DNA of 63,734 nucleotides, the filler included, from Octopus bimaculoides (Eukaryota): the NCBI RefSeq assembly GCF_001194135.2. It is 8 parts of 8 records of this genome, joined end to end, with 100 filler letters (N's around TTAATTAATTAA, not from the genome) between each part and the next. Parts side by side here need not be neighbours in the genome. Positions count along the whole stretch, not along the records: positions 1 to 19,062 come from NC_068996.1; 7 more parts are not named here. One strand, given 5' to 3'. Below the pieces are notes generated by a model. That model did not search any database and was not told the DNA's origin. It saw only the letters and a list, made by a program, of their open reading frames with translations. Both the position numbers and the translations under genes were made by a program. Shown here one piece after another: positions 1 to 12,747 of the stretch (position 1 is the stretch's first letter; every line of letters begins with the position of its first letter).

Positions 1-210
1 TTTGGTCCTCACGGCGCAGAACATTGGCAAATCTTTCCTTATCTGCTTCCCCTCTGGCTAAATAAACCTGTCGCCTAGCCTCCCTTCTGGCACATTGGTA
101 CAATTCCCTGCTACCACCGTTCTTCCAGTCCTTCCAAGCCTGTTTGTTTTGTCTAATAGCCCTGTCTACCTCCTTGTTCCACCACCATGTTACTCTGGGT
201 CGGGAGGGGA
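1..210 (-). mobile_element. RTE-clade LINE ORF2 fragment (endonuclease-RT linker)
   Basis: Minus-strand translation PSRPRVTWWWNKEVDRAIRQNKQAWKDWKNGGSRELYQCARREARRQVYLARGEADKERFANVLRRED; the TWWWNxEV motif is typical of RTE ORF2. Confidence 0.8.
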
Positions 211-464
211 CGTCATTTTCCACGAGAATATCTAAGTCAGCATATGAACTTTCCAGCCAACCCTCCCCTCCTACACACACACATACAGTGGGCTTCCACA
301 GTTTCCATCTACCAAATTCACTCACAAGGCATTTGTCATCTAAGGTATAGCAAGAGACTCTTGCCCAAGAGGCCGTGCAGTGAGATGGAACCTAAAACCA
401 TATGGTTGCAAATCGAGCTCCTTAACCACACAGCCATGCCTATGTCTATATTTTAAATATATGC

Positions 465-842
465 AATTCCTTTTTATTCTTTTACTGGTTTCGGTGGCCA
501 TGCTGGAGCACCACCTTAAAGTGTTTCTTTAGTTGAAGGAATTGACCCCAGTACTTATTCTACCAGTCTTATTCTACTAGTTCTTATTCTACCAGTCTCT
601 CCCGCCAAACTACTAAGTTACAGGGACATAAGCACACCAACATCGGTTGTCAAGTAATGGTGGTGTACACACACACACACACATACATATAGATGGGCAC
701 AAAGGGCTTCTCTCAGTTTCTGTCTACAAAATCCACAGACTTGGATCGACCCAAGGTTACAGTAGAAGACACTTGCCCAAGGTACAGTGGGACTGAACCA
801 GGAACCATGTGGTTGGGAAGCAAGCTTCATACCGCACAGCCA
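465..842 (-). mobile_element. tRNA-derived SINE, family A (full copy; extra 5' half at about 270-443)
   Basis: Head GGCTGTGYGGTAAGAAGCTTGCTTCCCAACCACATGGTTCC..GGTTCAGTCCCACTG, internal (TA/TG)n, and tail ending GGTGCTCCAGCATGGCC..GAAAC..TAAAAGAATAAAA; this structure recurs more than 20 times in the window. Confidence 0.85.
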
Positions 843-988
843 GAATAAATTTTCAACACAACCTTTTGGTGAGTTTAACATACGAGAATGACATTGTGTT
901 ATCAGTGAATAGAAACACGATAAATGAAAAACCAAGACTTAATACAATTTCATTACGTAGCTCAAAATTATTTAATGTTTGAGTAATC

Positions 989-993
<5 letters not shown>

Positions 994-1064
<71 letters not shown>
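994..1064 (+). repeat. (GA)n microsatellite
   Basis: Perfect AG dinucleotide run. Confidence 0.95.
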
Positions 1065-1067
<3 letters not shown>

Positions 1068-1337
1068 GATTAGAAACACTATAGCGACCCATCAATTCAA
1101 GGGAGATAAGTAGATTTAGTAAACTACTTTATACAACGGCAACGAATTCAAACTGCTGCTGCTACTATTACTACGACAGCCATAGTACTGTTGGCCATGA
1201 AAAGGTATATATGCATATCTGACTATTAATAAAGGCACTGAGGATGCCAGAAATAGCAGCTAAATCTCCTCTGAACAACCTTTTACCAGCTTCAAAGAAT
1301 AATAATAAGACACGTCACGACAGTCTAACTTCATTTT

Positions 1338-1512
1338 AGGCGCGGCTGTGTGGTAAGAAGTTTGCTTCCCGTCCACATGGTTTCGGGTTCAGTCCGGCCT
1401 TCAGTATAACACCTTGGACAAATGTTTTTTTTTTTTTTTTTACTATAGCCCTGGCCGATCAAGCCTTTTGAGTAGATTTGATAGACAGAAACTGGAATGA
1501 ACCCGTCGTATA

Positions 1513-1552
<40 letters not shown>

Positions 1553-1748
1553 TGTTCCCCACCACCGCTTGACAACCGGTGTTGGTTGGTTTACGTCCCT
1601 GTACCTTAGAGTTTCGGCAAATGGGACCAACAGAATATGAACTAGTCTTTAAAAAAAATAAGTGCTGGGGTCGATCTGTCCAATTAAAAGCCCTTTGAGG
1701 CAGTTCCCCACCATGGCTGCAGTCCAATGACGGAAACAAGTAAAAGAT
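1338..1748 (+). mobile_element. SINE family A, full copy (extra 3' half at about 1762-1975)
   Basis: Same head, (TG)n centre and tail as the other family A copies. Confidence 0.85.
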
Positions 1749-3814
1749 GAGACATATATAAGTGTGTGTACGTCCACTACTTCACAACTGGCGTTGGTTT
1801 GTTTGCATCCCCGTAACTTGGCAGTTAAACATAAGAGGCCAAAATAAGTACCAGAAATTTTTTTTTTTAATTTTTTTTTTTTAGAAAAAGTACTGGTGTC
1901 AATTCATTCAACTGAAAACCCTTCAGGGTGGTGATACAGCATGGCTGCTGTCCAATGATTTAAAGCAAGTGAAAGATTTATCCTGGTTTTACAATAGATA
2001 CGCAATTTCACTTTGTGTCATAAGAAGCAACAAAAAGAGTTGGCAATAGAGAGGGTATCTGCAGTCAAAACACTGCCTCAGAGAATCTTGACAACTCATG
2101 CTAACATGGAAAAGTGGATACAAATAACAATGACAAAAATGGCAGAGGTGAAGTATCAGTGATGGGGGTGGGGTTGATAATGGTGATGATGATGATGAAA
2201 TCTGGGTGTTTTGCAAACAACTTGCACACGCAAGTGCTACTAGCTGGAAGCTCTGCATACCAGAACCCAGCAAGTTTAAGGGGGCATCAGGAGAGAATGC
2301 GTGCTGTATTGGAGCCTACTTCTCGACAGCATCATTGTGCACCGGCCCCCACCTCACTGATATGAGGCCCCACTTGCTAGATCAACTGGTTATCAAATAA
2401 AACCATTGCTCATCGTCTCTTTTTAACCAAATCCAGTGGCTAGCCTGGGTGAGGTATATTAACTTTGGAAAAAAATATGCAGAATGGTCCTGTCAGGAAT
2501 GCCTTTGAGAATAGGTTCACTTAACAAGGCTTACTGGAACTAAACAACAACCATTCTAATATCCATCTGTCTTAAGTGTTAACCATTTTCTTCCCATATT
2601 TCTGTTGGAGTACACTACATATCATCATCGTCGTCGTCGTCGTTTAACGTCCACTTTCCATGCTGGCATGGGCTGGACGGTTTGACTGAGGACTGGTGAG
2701 CCAGAAGGCATAACATCAACTCAAAAGAGCAGGGGCGCTACAAAAAAAAAAAACAGCTATGAAACACAGGACTGTACTTTCTCTTCATGTGCCATGCTAA
2801 CAAGCATTTGCAATCATGGGCCCTGTTCAATGCCAAAGTTTAGGATAATTTTTCTTGGGAATGATATGACAATGGTTTCCAATTGTCTTCTGGTGTATTT
2901 ACAGTTTACTCTGCTAGTTTCCTGTTAGCTCAAGCCTACCCTTGAGGCACAGGGCCTATTTTAATCCTCAGACAGGGAAATTGATAATGTGGCATTAGGG
3001 CATGTTCACACATCATTGCACTAGAGTGACAAATGTCTAGAGGGCAACCCTTCACTGAATCCTGTAGCCTTAGTGCAGAACCATCTTTTGTTAGGTGACC
3101 CATGACAGGGGACTTTTACAAGTACTACAACCCTGGGCTAGTGTAGACTTGTTAGTAGCTGTGATTAAGTAACTTCATACTTTCCCAACTACTGAACTCC
3201 CAAGCTGGAGCCTCACCACTAGATACAGTTTGTAATGTCTTGTCCAGAACATACTACTATGTTATCCAATGTATATATTCTTCCTTATTTAAGATATCTG
3301 AGTATGATTCGATTGAAATTTGGCTGCTATTTCTATGAGGTTGTATGATCATGTAAGAGTTAGAATCATTGGATCAGTTTTACATTTGAGTGAGTCACAT
3401 AAAACTGAAATTTTCTTCACATTGACATCTCTAATTAGTTAAATACAGTAATTTACAAGAGTCATTAAGTATAGTGAGGATAATTGATTAATTGAAACTA
3501 TCTTGGAACATCTATGTGGTTACTAAACCTACTGAAAATAGCAGCTAAATCACACTGATTTGAAAGGAAAAAGACATTGTTTAATACAAAGGTAAATGAA
3601 GGAATCTCAGAATCAAAAGTAATTTAGCTGATGTCAAGGTTATTTACTGTAATTTTCAGTTTGATTACTTGCTTCCATAGATTTTGTATTTTCCAGTTGG
3701 AGTTAACAGCTGTCATAGATTTCCTATTTGGAGTGATCTACAAGGTACTGACACAGACAGACAGGCAGGCAGGCAAGCAGGCAGGCAGGCAAGCAGGCAG
3801 GCAGGCAGGCAGAT

Positions 3815-3945
3815 ATGTAGAAGAGGTAGACCCAGGAAGACATGGAATGAGGTGGTGAAGTATGGCCTTCGAACACTGGGCCTCACAGAGGCAATGACAA
3901 GAGACCGAGACCTTTGGAGATATGTTGTGATTGAGAAGTTTGACT
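3815..3945 (+). mobile_element. RTE LINE ORF2 C-terminus fragment
   Basis: Translates RGRPRKTWNEVVKYGLRTLGLTEAMTRDRDLWRYVVIEK; GRPxxxW..D...W is the RTE C-terminal signature. Confidence 0.85.
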
Positions 3946-4329
3946 GAAAACTTGTAAGCTGGGGAGCTGCACCAGGTTCCAGTTGGATTTGGCAAGGTTT
4001 CTATGGCTGGTTGCCCTTCCTAACACCAACCACTCTGAGAGTGTAGTGTGTGTCTTTTTATGTGCCATTGACCTGACACTGGTGTGGGCCACGACTATGA
4101 TCTCACTTGGCTTGACAGGTCTACACAAGTATGGTATATAGCCAAAGATCTTGGTCACCTGTCACTGCTTCTGTGAGGCCCAATGCTCCAATAGTACTTC
4201 TTACATTCCACCAGCACAGGTGCCAGTCAGACAGCACTGGCATTGGCCATGACTATAATTTCGCACAGCTTGATAGGCCAGTTACGTGACACTGGCATGG
4301 GTGCCATTGATCTGACATTAATATAGGCC

Positions 4330-4615
4330 ACAACTACAGTCTCACTTGGCTTGACAGGTTTCCTCAAGCACAGCATATCGCCAGAGGTCTGTCACTTGTC
4401 ATTGCCTCCGTGAGGCCTAACATTTGGAGATTATGCTTCACTACTTCATCCCATGTCTTCCTAGGTCTACCTCTTTCACAGGTTCCTTCCACCATTAGAG
4501 TGCAACACTTCTTCACACAGCTGTCCTCATTCATACACATCCCATGACCATACCAGTGCAGTCGCCTCTCTTGCACACCACATCTGATGCCTCTTATGTC
4601 CAGCTTTTCTCTCTA
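4330..4615 (-). mobile_element. RTE LINE ORF2 C-terminus fragment
   Basis: ORF 4364-4576: QERRLHWYGHGMCMNEDSCVKKC...GRPRKTWDEVVKHNLQMLGLTEAMTSDR (RRLxWYGH and GRP motifs). Confidence 0.85.
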
Positions 4616-4629
4616 GACACTTACACTGT

Positions 4630-4801
4630 CGTGCATGCACACAAAAACAAATTTCACAACTCGCGAAGTAACCACAGGAATCTCACTCAGTACACTGCCT
4701 CATAAAGGTAACCGCTAGCTCTCACTGTGCACACAACCATGTACCGCCATTTGTTGGCATGCTACAGAAGTAGTCCAGGAACTTTTTGATGCCACCTTGT
4801 A
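4630..4801 (-). mobile_element. Tc1/mariner terminal fragment
   Basis: Minus strand begins TACAAGGTGGCATCAAAAAGTTCCTGGACT, resembling mariner-type TIRs that start at a TA; no transposase is left. Confidence 0.5.
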
Positions 4802-4804
4802 TCT

Positions 4805-5187
4805 GAATTGACAACAGCATGATAGACAAAGCAATTAAAGATACGAAGACTGGGAAAGCTCCTGGCTCATCAGGAATTACTACGAAGATGCTTAAGATAT
4901 CTGGCAGAGGGGAATATGAACTAGTCATGTGTATAGTTAATCAGGTTGTCTAGGAAAGGGTCATATTCATTGACTGGTGCAGGAGCACTATAGTCAACTG
5001 CTACAAAGACAGGAATAATTACAGAGATATCAAACTGCTGGACCAGATCATGAGAGTTATAGAAAGGGTTGCAGCTCACCTAATTAGGGAGAGAATTAAC
5101 CAACATGAAATGCAATTTGGTTTTGTGCTAGGTAGAAGCACTATTGATGCTATCTTCCTAGCAAGGCAACTGCAGGAGAAGCATTCA
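4805..5187 (+). mobile_element. RTE LINE reverse transcriptase N-terminal fragment (decayed)
   Basis: Translates DKAIKDTKTGKAPGSSGIT..DW..STIVNCYK..NYRDIKLLDQIMRVIERV..QFGFVLGRSTIDAIFLARQLQEK, matching RT domains 0-2; contains a stop and a deletion. Confidence 0.9.
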
Positions 5188-6213
5188 GGTAATTATATTT
5201 GTCTTCTAATGCAAAACACCTTCTGTCACTCAATACTGTTCCCTACCAATTAAGGAGTCTTGTCCTACAAGTTACTTGATAACCTCACTGATGTTGGTGC
5301 CACATAAAATTCACCAAGTACTCTCTTGCAAATTGGTTGGCATTAGGAAAGGCATCCAGTTGTAGAAATCATGCCAAAATAGACAGTAGAGCTTGGAGCA
5401 AACTTCTGACTTGGCAGAGTAATGCCCCAATGTCATTACCATCCTATAACTAAAATCTGTTTAAGAATATTCACAAATGGCCCTCTTGAATACCCTCTTT
5501 GCATATGTCTTCCCAGTAATCATTTGACTTGGCAGTTTAAGATGTGAAAATTATTAAACCTGAAGTATTGAGGTCAATATAAATGACTAAATTCCCTAAC
5601 CCTTGAGATAACCACAGACTAAAGACAGAAACCAGTTTAAAAAAAGAAAGAAAAAAAGAATGTGTGTGCAGCATATCAATACACACACACATACATACAT
5701 ACATATATATATATACACAGATGTAAGCCAATGAGAAACCCTCTACACAGATATTGGTAAAGCTGTTAAATCATCAAACAAAATGCAGTATTTGTTCTAA
5801 ACACTTGCATTCCAATTTCAAATCTGACCATGACCTTCATGGGTAACAGATTTAATTCGTTGCCTGGTTCAAATAATTTTGAACCATCTTTGCTTAATCC
5901 TTAGGCACTTTTAGTGATGTCTACATACAAGGTTGGGAGTCTGTCAATGCTGACCATGTATGTAGAAGCCTAGGAAAATGGGCAAGTTTTGTTGTTCTCC
6001 ATTGTTTTCCTCTTGAGGAAGACTAGCAGTTGTTCAGTCATACTAGCCTTTCTTTTCTGTAACACTAATGTTTATCCTAGGGAAAGGCTAACCACTAACT
6101 TATACAACATATATTCTTGATTTACTAAAATTATCTCCAACTCTAGAGAATGTATCATAGTATTAAAGGGCATACTTTGAGCATTGATCTGATGTTTACC
6201 ACACCTGTAATTC

Positions 6214-6442
6214 TTAACCATTTTGATACCAACCCACCTGAAACTGCCTCTGGCTCTGTAGTACAATTGTCTTGCTTTCATAAGTTCTGAATTAAAATCT
6301 TCCACCAAACCTTAGTCACAATTTATGTTCCTAACACTAGCTTAATGATAACTAAGTTATTGTACTAAATTCTTTGTTATATTTAAAATAATTGAAAGAA
6401 ACACAGAGCATCTCAACAGAAATACAGTAATGAAATGGTTAA
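6214..6442. mobile_element. TTAA-flanked MITE (piggyBac-like); a more decayed copy lies at about 9885-10021
   Basis: Left end TTAACCATTTTGATACC; reverse complement of the right end is TTAACCATTTCATTACT; TTAA is present at both ends. Confidence 0.6.
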
Positions 6443-6595
6443 GCTGAATGAAATTCCTTCCAACTGAGAAAATTCAGGATTCCAGTAGAAGGGAAACTGT
6501 TTACAAGTTGAAGAATTCATCATTATTAGCAGTTTTTTTGTTAGATTTATGATCATTGATGTTGAATGGTACAACAACATAAAATAACATCAGTG

Positions 6596-7085
6596 AAGGC
6601 ACATGGCTCAGTGGTTAGAGCATTGGGCTCACAATCATGAGGTAGTGAGTTTGATCCTGGACCAGGCTGTGTGTTGTGTTCTTGAGCAAGACATTTTATT
6701 TCACGTTGCTCTAGTTCACTCAGCTGTAGAAATGAGTTGCAACATCACTGGTGCCAAGCTGTATCGGCCCCTTTGCCTTTCCCTTGGATAACATTGGTGG
6801 CATGGAGAGAGTAGGCTGAGATGCATGGGTGACTGCTGGTCTTCCATAATCAACCTTGCCTGGATTTGTGCCTCAGAGAGGAACTTTCAACATGCAATTC
6901 CAAGGTCATTCATTCCGAAGGGGAGTCTTTACCCTACATACATATAATGGTGTGGAGAGGGAGAGGCTGGTATGCCTGGGCAACTGCTGGTCATCCATAA
7001 ACAACCTTGCCTGGACTTGTGCCTCGGAGGGTAACTTTCTAGGTGCAATCCCATGGTCATTCATGACCAAAGGGTTTTTTTTACC
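6596..7085 (+). mobile_element. tRNA-derived SINE, family B (CORE-like centre), with a duplicated 3' half
   Basis: Head GGCACATGGCTCAGTGGTTAGAGC..GAGTTTGATCC, centre TTGAGCAAGACATTTTATTTCACGTTGCTCTAGTTCACTCAGCTGTAGAAATGAG; the 3' module is repeated at about 6945-7085. Confidence 0.8.
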
Positions 7086-7970
7086 TTTTTGCTTTTTTAC
7101 AATAACATACAATAATGGTTTCAAATTTTGACATAAAGCCTAGAATTTTAGAGGAAGGAATTAAATTGATTACATCTAATGCAGTGTTCAACTGGTACTT
7201 ATTTTATCAAGCCAGAAAGGACAAAAGGCAAAGAAGTATGGCAAGAGGAGCCAAATCCTCCTACCACATATATGGCTTTCCAGCAGCAGCCATCTCCAGT
7301 CAGGTTTTGATCACAGTCTCCAGCAGCTTCATAAAGCTGTCTGAATTGAGCCTAAGGCCCTGTTCAAAGGTGCAAGGTAGAAACCCAGCATGCAGATGCA
7401 GTTAGAAACACCTTCTGTCTCACTTCCTGCTGGCTATGGCTTCAGTCTTTATTGGCACTCTCCGTATCACATCTGCCTTTACAGTGTTCACAGGGCACTG
7501 AGGAACAGTTGTGATATCTCCTTTTTTTTTTTCATGGACAGCTTACCTTTCACCTGTCCATAGAAAGACTCAAAATCAAGTCGGAAAATTGCCAAGTGAA
7601 AATCACAGTATAGCAACAGCTTCATGTGATTGGTCAAGTCATAGACCAATCAGATATCACAACAGATAATTCTAGAAGCCTCCAGAACTATTCTCCTAAC
7701 AAGGCCTATAAATAGGTGCTAATCTTTAATCTGAGCACTAGTCTTTAGCATGTGGAAGCCACAGCTCAGATCCACATGCCCTCTTGATGTTTTTAAAAGC
7801 TGTTATTGCAGTGCTTACTAAACCTTGATGTGCTTTTATAGTTGGCTGATACAAATCCAAAGTTTATATTTTCTCCAATCTTGGCAAGCTTAATTACAGA
7901 GCCCTTTTAATTAATTATTGTAAGAGCTATACTATATTCTTTTCTGTGTATAAACTTTGTGGCTTGCAGT

Positions 7971-8350
7971 TTGTTGTTGTTGGCACTCCGTTGCTTACGA
8001 CGTCGAGGGTTCCAGTTGATCCGATCAACGGAACAGCCTGCTCGTGAAATTAATGTGTAAGTGGCTGAGCACTCCACAGACACGTGTACCCTTAACGTAG
8101 TTCTCGGGGATATTCAGCATGACACAGTGTGACAAGGCTGGCCCTTTGAATTACAAGTACAACAGAAACAGGAAGAAAGAGTAAGAGAAAGTTGTGGTGG
8201 AAGAGTACAGCAGGGTTCACCACCATACCCTGCCGGAGCCTCATGGAGCTTTCGCTCAATAAACACTCACAATGCCCGGTCTGGGAATTGAAACCGCGAT
8301 CCTATGACCGCAAGTTCGCTGCCCTAACCACTGGGCCGTTGCGCCTCCAC
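7971..8350 (-). mobile_element. tRNA-derived SINE, family C (tRNA-Arg-like head)
   Basis: Minus head GTGGAGGCGCAACGGCCCAGTGGTTAGGGCAGCGAACTTGCGGTC..GGTTTCAATTCCC; tail ends in GGAGTGCCAACAACAAC; homologous to 41760-42122. Confidence 0.8.
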
Positions 8351-8869
8351 TTCGAGATTGCAGTTTGTAATTCATGACTAACATGAAAATTACGTGCAGT
8401 GAAATGAAATTTTGTTAGTTGTTCAAGGATGTTGTGCATTCATTATATGCAGCCTGATTATAACTTGACTACCAGCATCTCATCTTTTCATCCTCTCTCT
8501 ATCGTGGCAGCCACTGATCTACAATACATTGAGATAAGTCATTTGATTGCTGTCATACTGGAGCAATGCCTTGAAGGGGTAGATACGTTGAACAAATTGA
8601 CCCCAGTATTTATTGTTTTATTTATAAGCCAGGTGCTTAATCTATTGGTCTTACTTTGTGGGACCACTGTTACAGAGACATAAACAAACCAACACTGTCA
8701 AATGACATGAAGGCATACACACAATGGATTTCTTTCAGGTTCTATCTACCAAATCCACTCACGTGCCTTTGGTCAGCCTGGGACTAGTCGTGGAAGACAC
8801 TTACCAAAAGTGGTACTCAGTACAGCTGAACCCAGAACTACATGGTTGTGCAATACACTTCTGATTTCT

Positions 8870-9045
8870 TTACTGCCCACAAGGGGCTACACACAGAGGG
8901 AACAAACAAGAACAGACAAACGGATTAAGTCGATTATATTGACCCCAGTGCATAACTGGTACTTATTTAATCGAACCCGAAAGGATGAAAGGCAAAGTTG
9001 ACTTTGGTGGAATTTGAACTCAGAACGTAGCGGCAGACTAAATAC
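8870..9045 (-). mobile_element. SINE family D, 3' part (runs into a gap)
   Basis: Minus CGTTCTGAGTTCAAATTCC..ACTTTGCCTTTCATCCTTTCGGG..AGCCCCTTGTGGGCAGTAAAGAA; homologous to 61660-61870. Confidence 0.8.
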
Positions 9046-9369
9046 NNNNNNNNNNNNNNNNNNNNNNNNNNNNNNNNNNNNNNNNNNNNNNNNNNNNNNN
9101 NNNNNNNNNNNNNNNNNNNNNNNNNNNNNNNNNNNNNNNNNNNNNNNNNNNNNNNNNNNNNNNNNNNNNNNNNNNNNNNNNNNNNNNNNNNNNNNNNNNN
9201 NNNNNNNNNNNNNNNNNNNNNNNNNNNNNNNNNNNNNNNNNNNNNNNNNNNNNNNNNNNNNNNNNNNNNNNNNNNNNNNNNNNNNNNNNNNNNNNNNNNN
9301 NNNNNNNNNNNNNNNNNNNNNNNNNNNNNNNNNNNNNNNNNNNNNNNNNNNNNNNNNNNNNNNNNAGAC

Positions 9370-9737
9370 CACTTTAACTCTTTCATGAAATTGTAATCGT
9401 GGCCAATGCCAGTGCTGTGTGACTGGTACATAAAAAGCACCATTTGAATGTTGAGCCTCACAGAGGCAGTGACAGGTGACCAAGACCTTTGCCAATATAC
9501 CATGCTTGAGAAGACTGGTCAAGCCAAGTGAGATCATACAGTGCTACGTGCCAGTAACACCTAAAAAAAAAAAATACCCACTACACTTTTGGAGTGGTTG
9601 GCGTTAGGAAGGGCATCCAGCCATAGAAACCATGCCAAATGTGATTGAAACCTGATGCAGCTCCCCAGCTTACCAGCTCTGTCAAATCGTCCAATCCATA
9701 CCAACATGGAAAACGGACGTATGATGATGATGATGAT
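9370..9737 (+). mobile_element. RTE LINE 3' end/3'UTR with (ATG)n tail
   Basis: CTCACAGAGGCAGTGACAGGTGACCAAGACCTTTG (as in 3885-3920), then the shared UTR and CATGGAAAACGGACGT(ATG)n; the same tail is on the minus strand at about 2620-2700. Confidence 0.7.
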
Positions 9738-10675
9738 ACCATATTTCTCTTTAAATACTCTGCTTTCGTTTCAGTTTATTTTTAAAATAATTGAAGTATT
9801 TGGTAAAATAACTCTCATTATTAAGATGATGTTTGGATTGGAGGAGGTAAAAAATAGGCACAACATCCGTTTTCGGCGTAAATCCTAAACCCTGTGTTTG
9901 CGTATTCTTTACTTTCACCGAAATTTTGATGGCAGCCTTACATTTAGATTATTTTAAAACAGAAAATTTATATCATGAAACTTGGGCTCGTCTTGAGCAA
10001 GTTGGTTACGAAAAGGGTTAAAGCGCACTTTTATCTATCATCAAGAAATAAAATCTATCTGGGTAAATACTTTCGGAAAGCAGGTCGTTGAGTGAACTCT
10101 GACACCCGTTGTCTGCTAGTCCGTTCGTATTGTAATAAATAAATGTGAAAGTCACACGCAAACAGATTAACCAAAAATATTAGTGCAACTAATAGTTTTT
10201 TTTTCTTTTCTGGGGGAGCGCGGGGGTGTGTTTCGTTTCAATTAGAATTATCAAGTGTACAAAAGTTGCAGAAACGAAGAATTAACAAAATGCATTATGT
10301 TTTCGACGCACACACACAAGTGGGGGTAACAAGTTTTGTTTAGATAAACAACCGAGAAAAACGAATGAATGAAAGTAGAACGTGTACTTTGATCAGCACC
10401 TCCAGATTGAACTAACAAAAACAAACAAGCGTATCACAAAAAATATATATATCGATCCAAAACCTAGGTAACAAACGTGTTACCAAGCACACAAGATATG
10501 CAGAAAAATGAGGGAGGAACTAAATTTATTAATCTGTAAATATCAGATCGTAACACTACTTTCCTTCAAATTACATAAGTGGAAAAGATAGAAGAGATGT
10601 TTAATATTACATAAACCGTTTTTCCTTTCATTTCATTTTTTTTTTTTTCGTGAAATAAAATGAAACTTAACACGC

Positions 10676-11050
10676 GTAAGCACAGCCGTGTGGTAAAAAA
10701 AATTATTGTAATATTATATTGTAATTATTGAACAAAGGTTTTCGAGGGGTTGCCAGTCGGTGGGCGCTGGTGCTCCTCTCATTTTCTTTCATCCATGTCT
10801 TTTCCTCATTTCTCATTAATGTACTCGTCCATCCCAGGCTTCTTGCCATTCTATGTACAGCCCTTGTGGCTAATCTAAATGAAATAAAGAAGCTTTGCTT
10901 CCTAACTGCATGGCCCTGGAGTCAGTCCCACTACGCGGAAAGCATCTTCTACTATGGCCTTGGGCAGACCAAAGCATTGTCAGTGGATTTCGTAGACGGA
11001 AAACTGAAAGAAGCCCATCATGTGTGTATGTAATATTGCGTGTATGTAAT

Positions 11051-11097
<47 letters not shown>

Positions 11098-11312
11098 ACG
11101 CACGCCTCTGTGCTTGTGTTTGTCTCTCACCAACTCTTGACAACCGGTGTTGGTTTGTTTACGAATCTAACAACGGTTCGGCAAAAGAGCCGATAAAAAG
11201 ACTTTAAAAAAAGGAAAACTACTGGAGTCTATGGTCTATTTGTTCGACTAAATACTTAAAGGCGGTGCCCCAGTATGACCGCGGTCCAAAGACTGAAACA
11301 GCTAAAAGATAA
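10676..11312 (+). mobile_element. SINE family A interrupted by an insertion of about 190 bp in its head
   Basis: Head GCCGTGTGGTAA stops at about 10696 and resumes AGAAGCTTTGCTTCC at about 10888; body and tail are intact. Confidence 0.7.
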
Positions 11313-11459
11313 AGGTATGTTTACGAGTTTTGAATGTTAACCGAGATCGTTTTTCCGTATTCGTTTGACCTTCAATACACGGATGTCACGACAAATAAAC
11401 TCGACAAACAAATACTAAACTTTGAAAGGTTTTCCTTAAACGTGAAGCAATTATACTTC

Positions 11460-11610
11460 ACATTTACTTCAGATGGTCGCCGGTTTTCCGTCGTAGATCG
11501 ACGTTGATTTGTTCAATAATCATCCCTGGCAGGCTCGCATGTGGGCTACAGGGCCGGCTCTTGATCTGCGGTATTGTATGTAAATAGAATTGACGATTAG
11601 CAAATATGTT
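11460..11610 (-). mobile_element. Probable RTE LINE 3' end (C2H2-like terminal motif)
   Basis: Minus translation RSRAGPVAHMRACQG* resembles the SRxGLxxHxR zinc-finger end of RTE ORF2, followed by a short GTCGATCTACGACGG tail. Confidence 0.45.
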
Positions 11611-12339
11611 TGACCCCTCCCAAAACCAAATAAACGTTCCAGCCGTGGCCATCCTGGTTTTTTGTGGGGTGGGGGGTTACTGTCTCTAGGGTACCATTAT
11701 CCAATGTGTCTTTTATTTAAGATGTTACATTGTACTTTGAAAGAGGTTTGACTGCTATTTCTAGCATATTGAGCTGAAAGCTGGAATGGACAACCTCTTT
11801 CGAGAAGCGGATCGCATGGGACATGACTCTTCATCAGACAGGCCGCATGGCTAGAAAAAAAGTAATTTTTTGTTAGGTGTGTAGTCCAGAGAGTCTCGCG
11901 GGCCGCAGATCACTCATGACTGACAGAGACTTATTCGTTGTCTTTTAAATATCTCATGTTAGCAAAAGTACGAAAATGCCATAGTCGTTTGGATGCAGTA
12001 TGAATACATCACGAGAAGCGTGACCATGTATGGGCCTATAATAATTTTCTACTATTTTATTTATTAATACTAAGTTATGAAAAGAGAGAGAGAGAAGTAT
12101 AGTACGAGAAAACTAATTATGGACTTCGTCTGCAATGAAAATTACAATTCCACTGTAGTCAGCTTTTTGACATTTCAAGGCTGGGTTTTCCTCGAAGCAA
12201 ACAAATGTATACACACACAGACACATAGATATACACATACTGGTCAATTTTGGAGTGTCAGAAAGATCCAGAAAGCAAAGAGTAAACGGAACTAAAATTA
12301 TAAATGTAAAAAGGTAACTGGAGGGTTTAGCTATGTTAT

Positions 12340-12747
12340 ATTTGACTTGTTTACAGTCATTGGACTGCGGCCACGATTGGCCACCACCACATAGAAGGCA
12401 TTTTTTTTTTTTCCTGCAGAAACTAATCGACCCCAGGACTTATTTTCATTTATTTATTTATAGTCTGATTTTTATTCTATCGGTCTCATTTTGCTGAAAG
12501 GATCAATTATGGAGACGTAAACAAACCAATACCGGTTTACAAGCGGTGATGGGACACACATACACACATGCGACAGGCAAAAGCCTGTCGCATGTGTGTG
12601 TGTGTGTCCATTTACCAAATCCACTCAAGGATTTGGTCGACTCGGCGTTATAGCGGAAACACACTTGCCTAAGGGACAATGCAGTGGGGGACTGTGCCAG
12701 GAACCAAGTGGTTGGGCATGAAACTTCTTTGCCATACAACCACGCCT
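12340..12747 (-). mobile_element. SINE family A, full copy
   Basis: Head, (CA/TG) centre and tail homologous to the other copies. Confidence 0.8.

Noticed and set aside
6596-6670. tRNA genes (also at 8275-8350, 34530-34607, 41212-41285, 41760-41825)
   Set aside because: A/B boxes are present but the cloverleaf is broken and each continues into a SINE body.
8887-9537. Long ORFs of 200-380 aa in the track (also near 14.8, 17, 26.5, 30.2, 35.5, 38.7, 45.8 kb)
   Set aside because: Their length comes from reading through N gaps.
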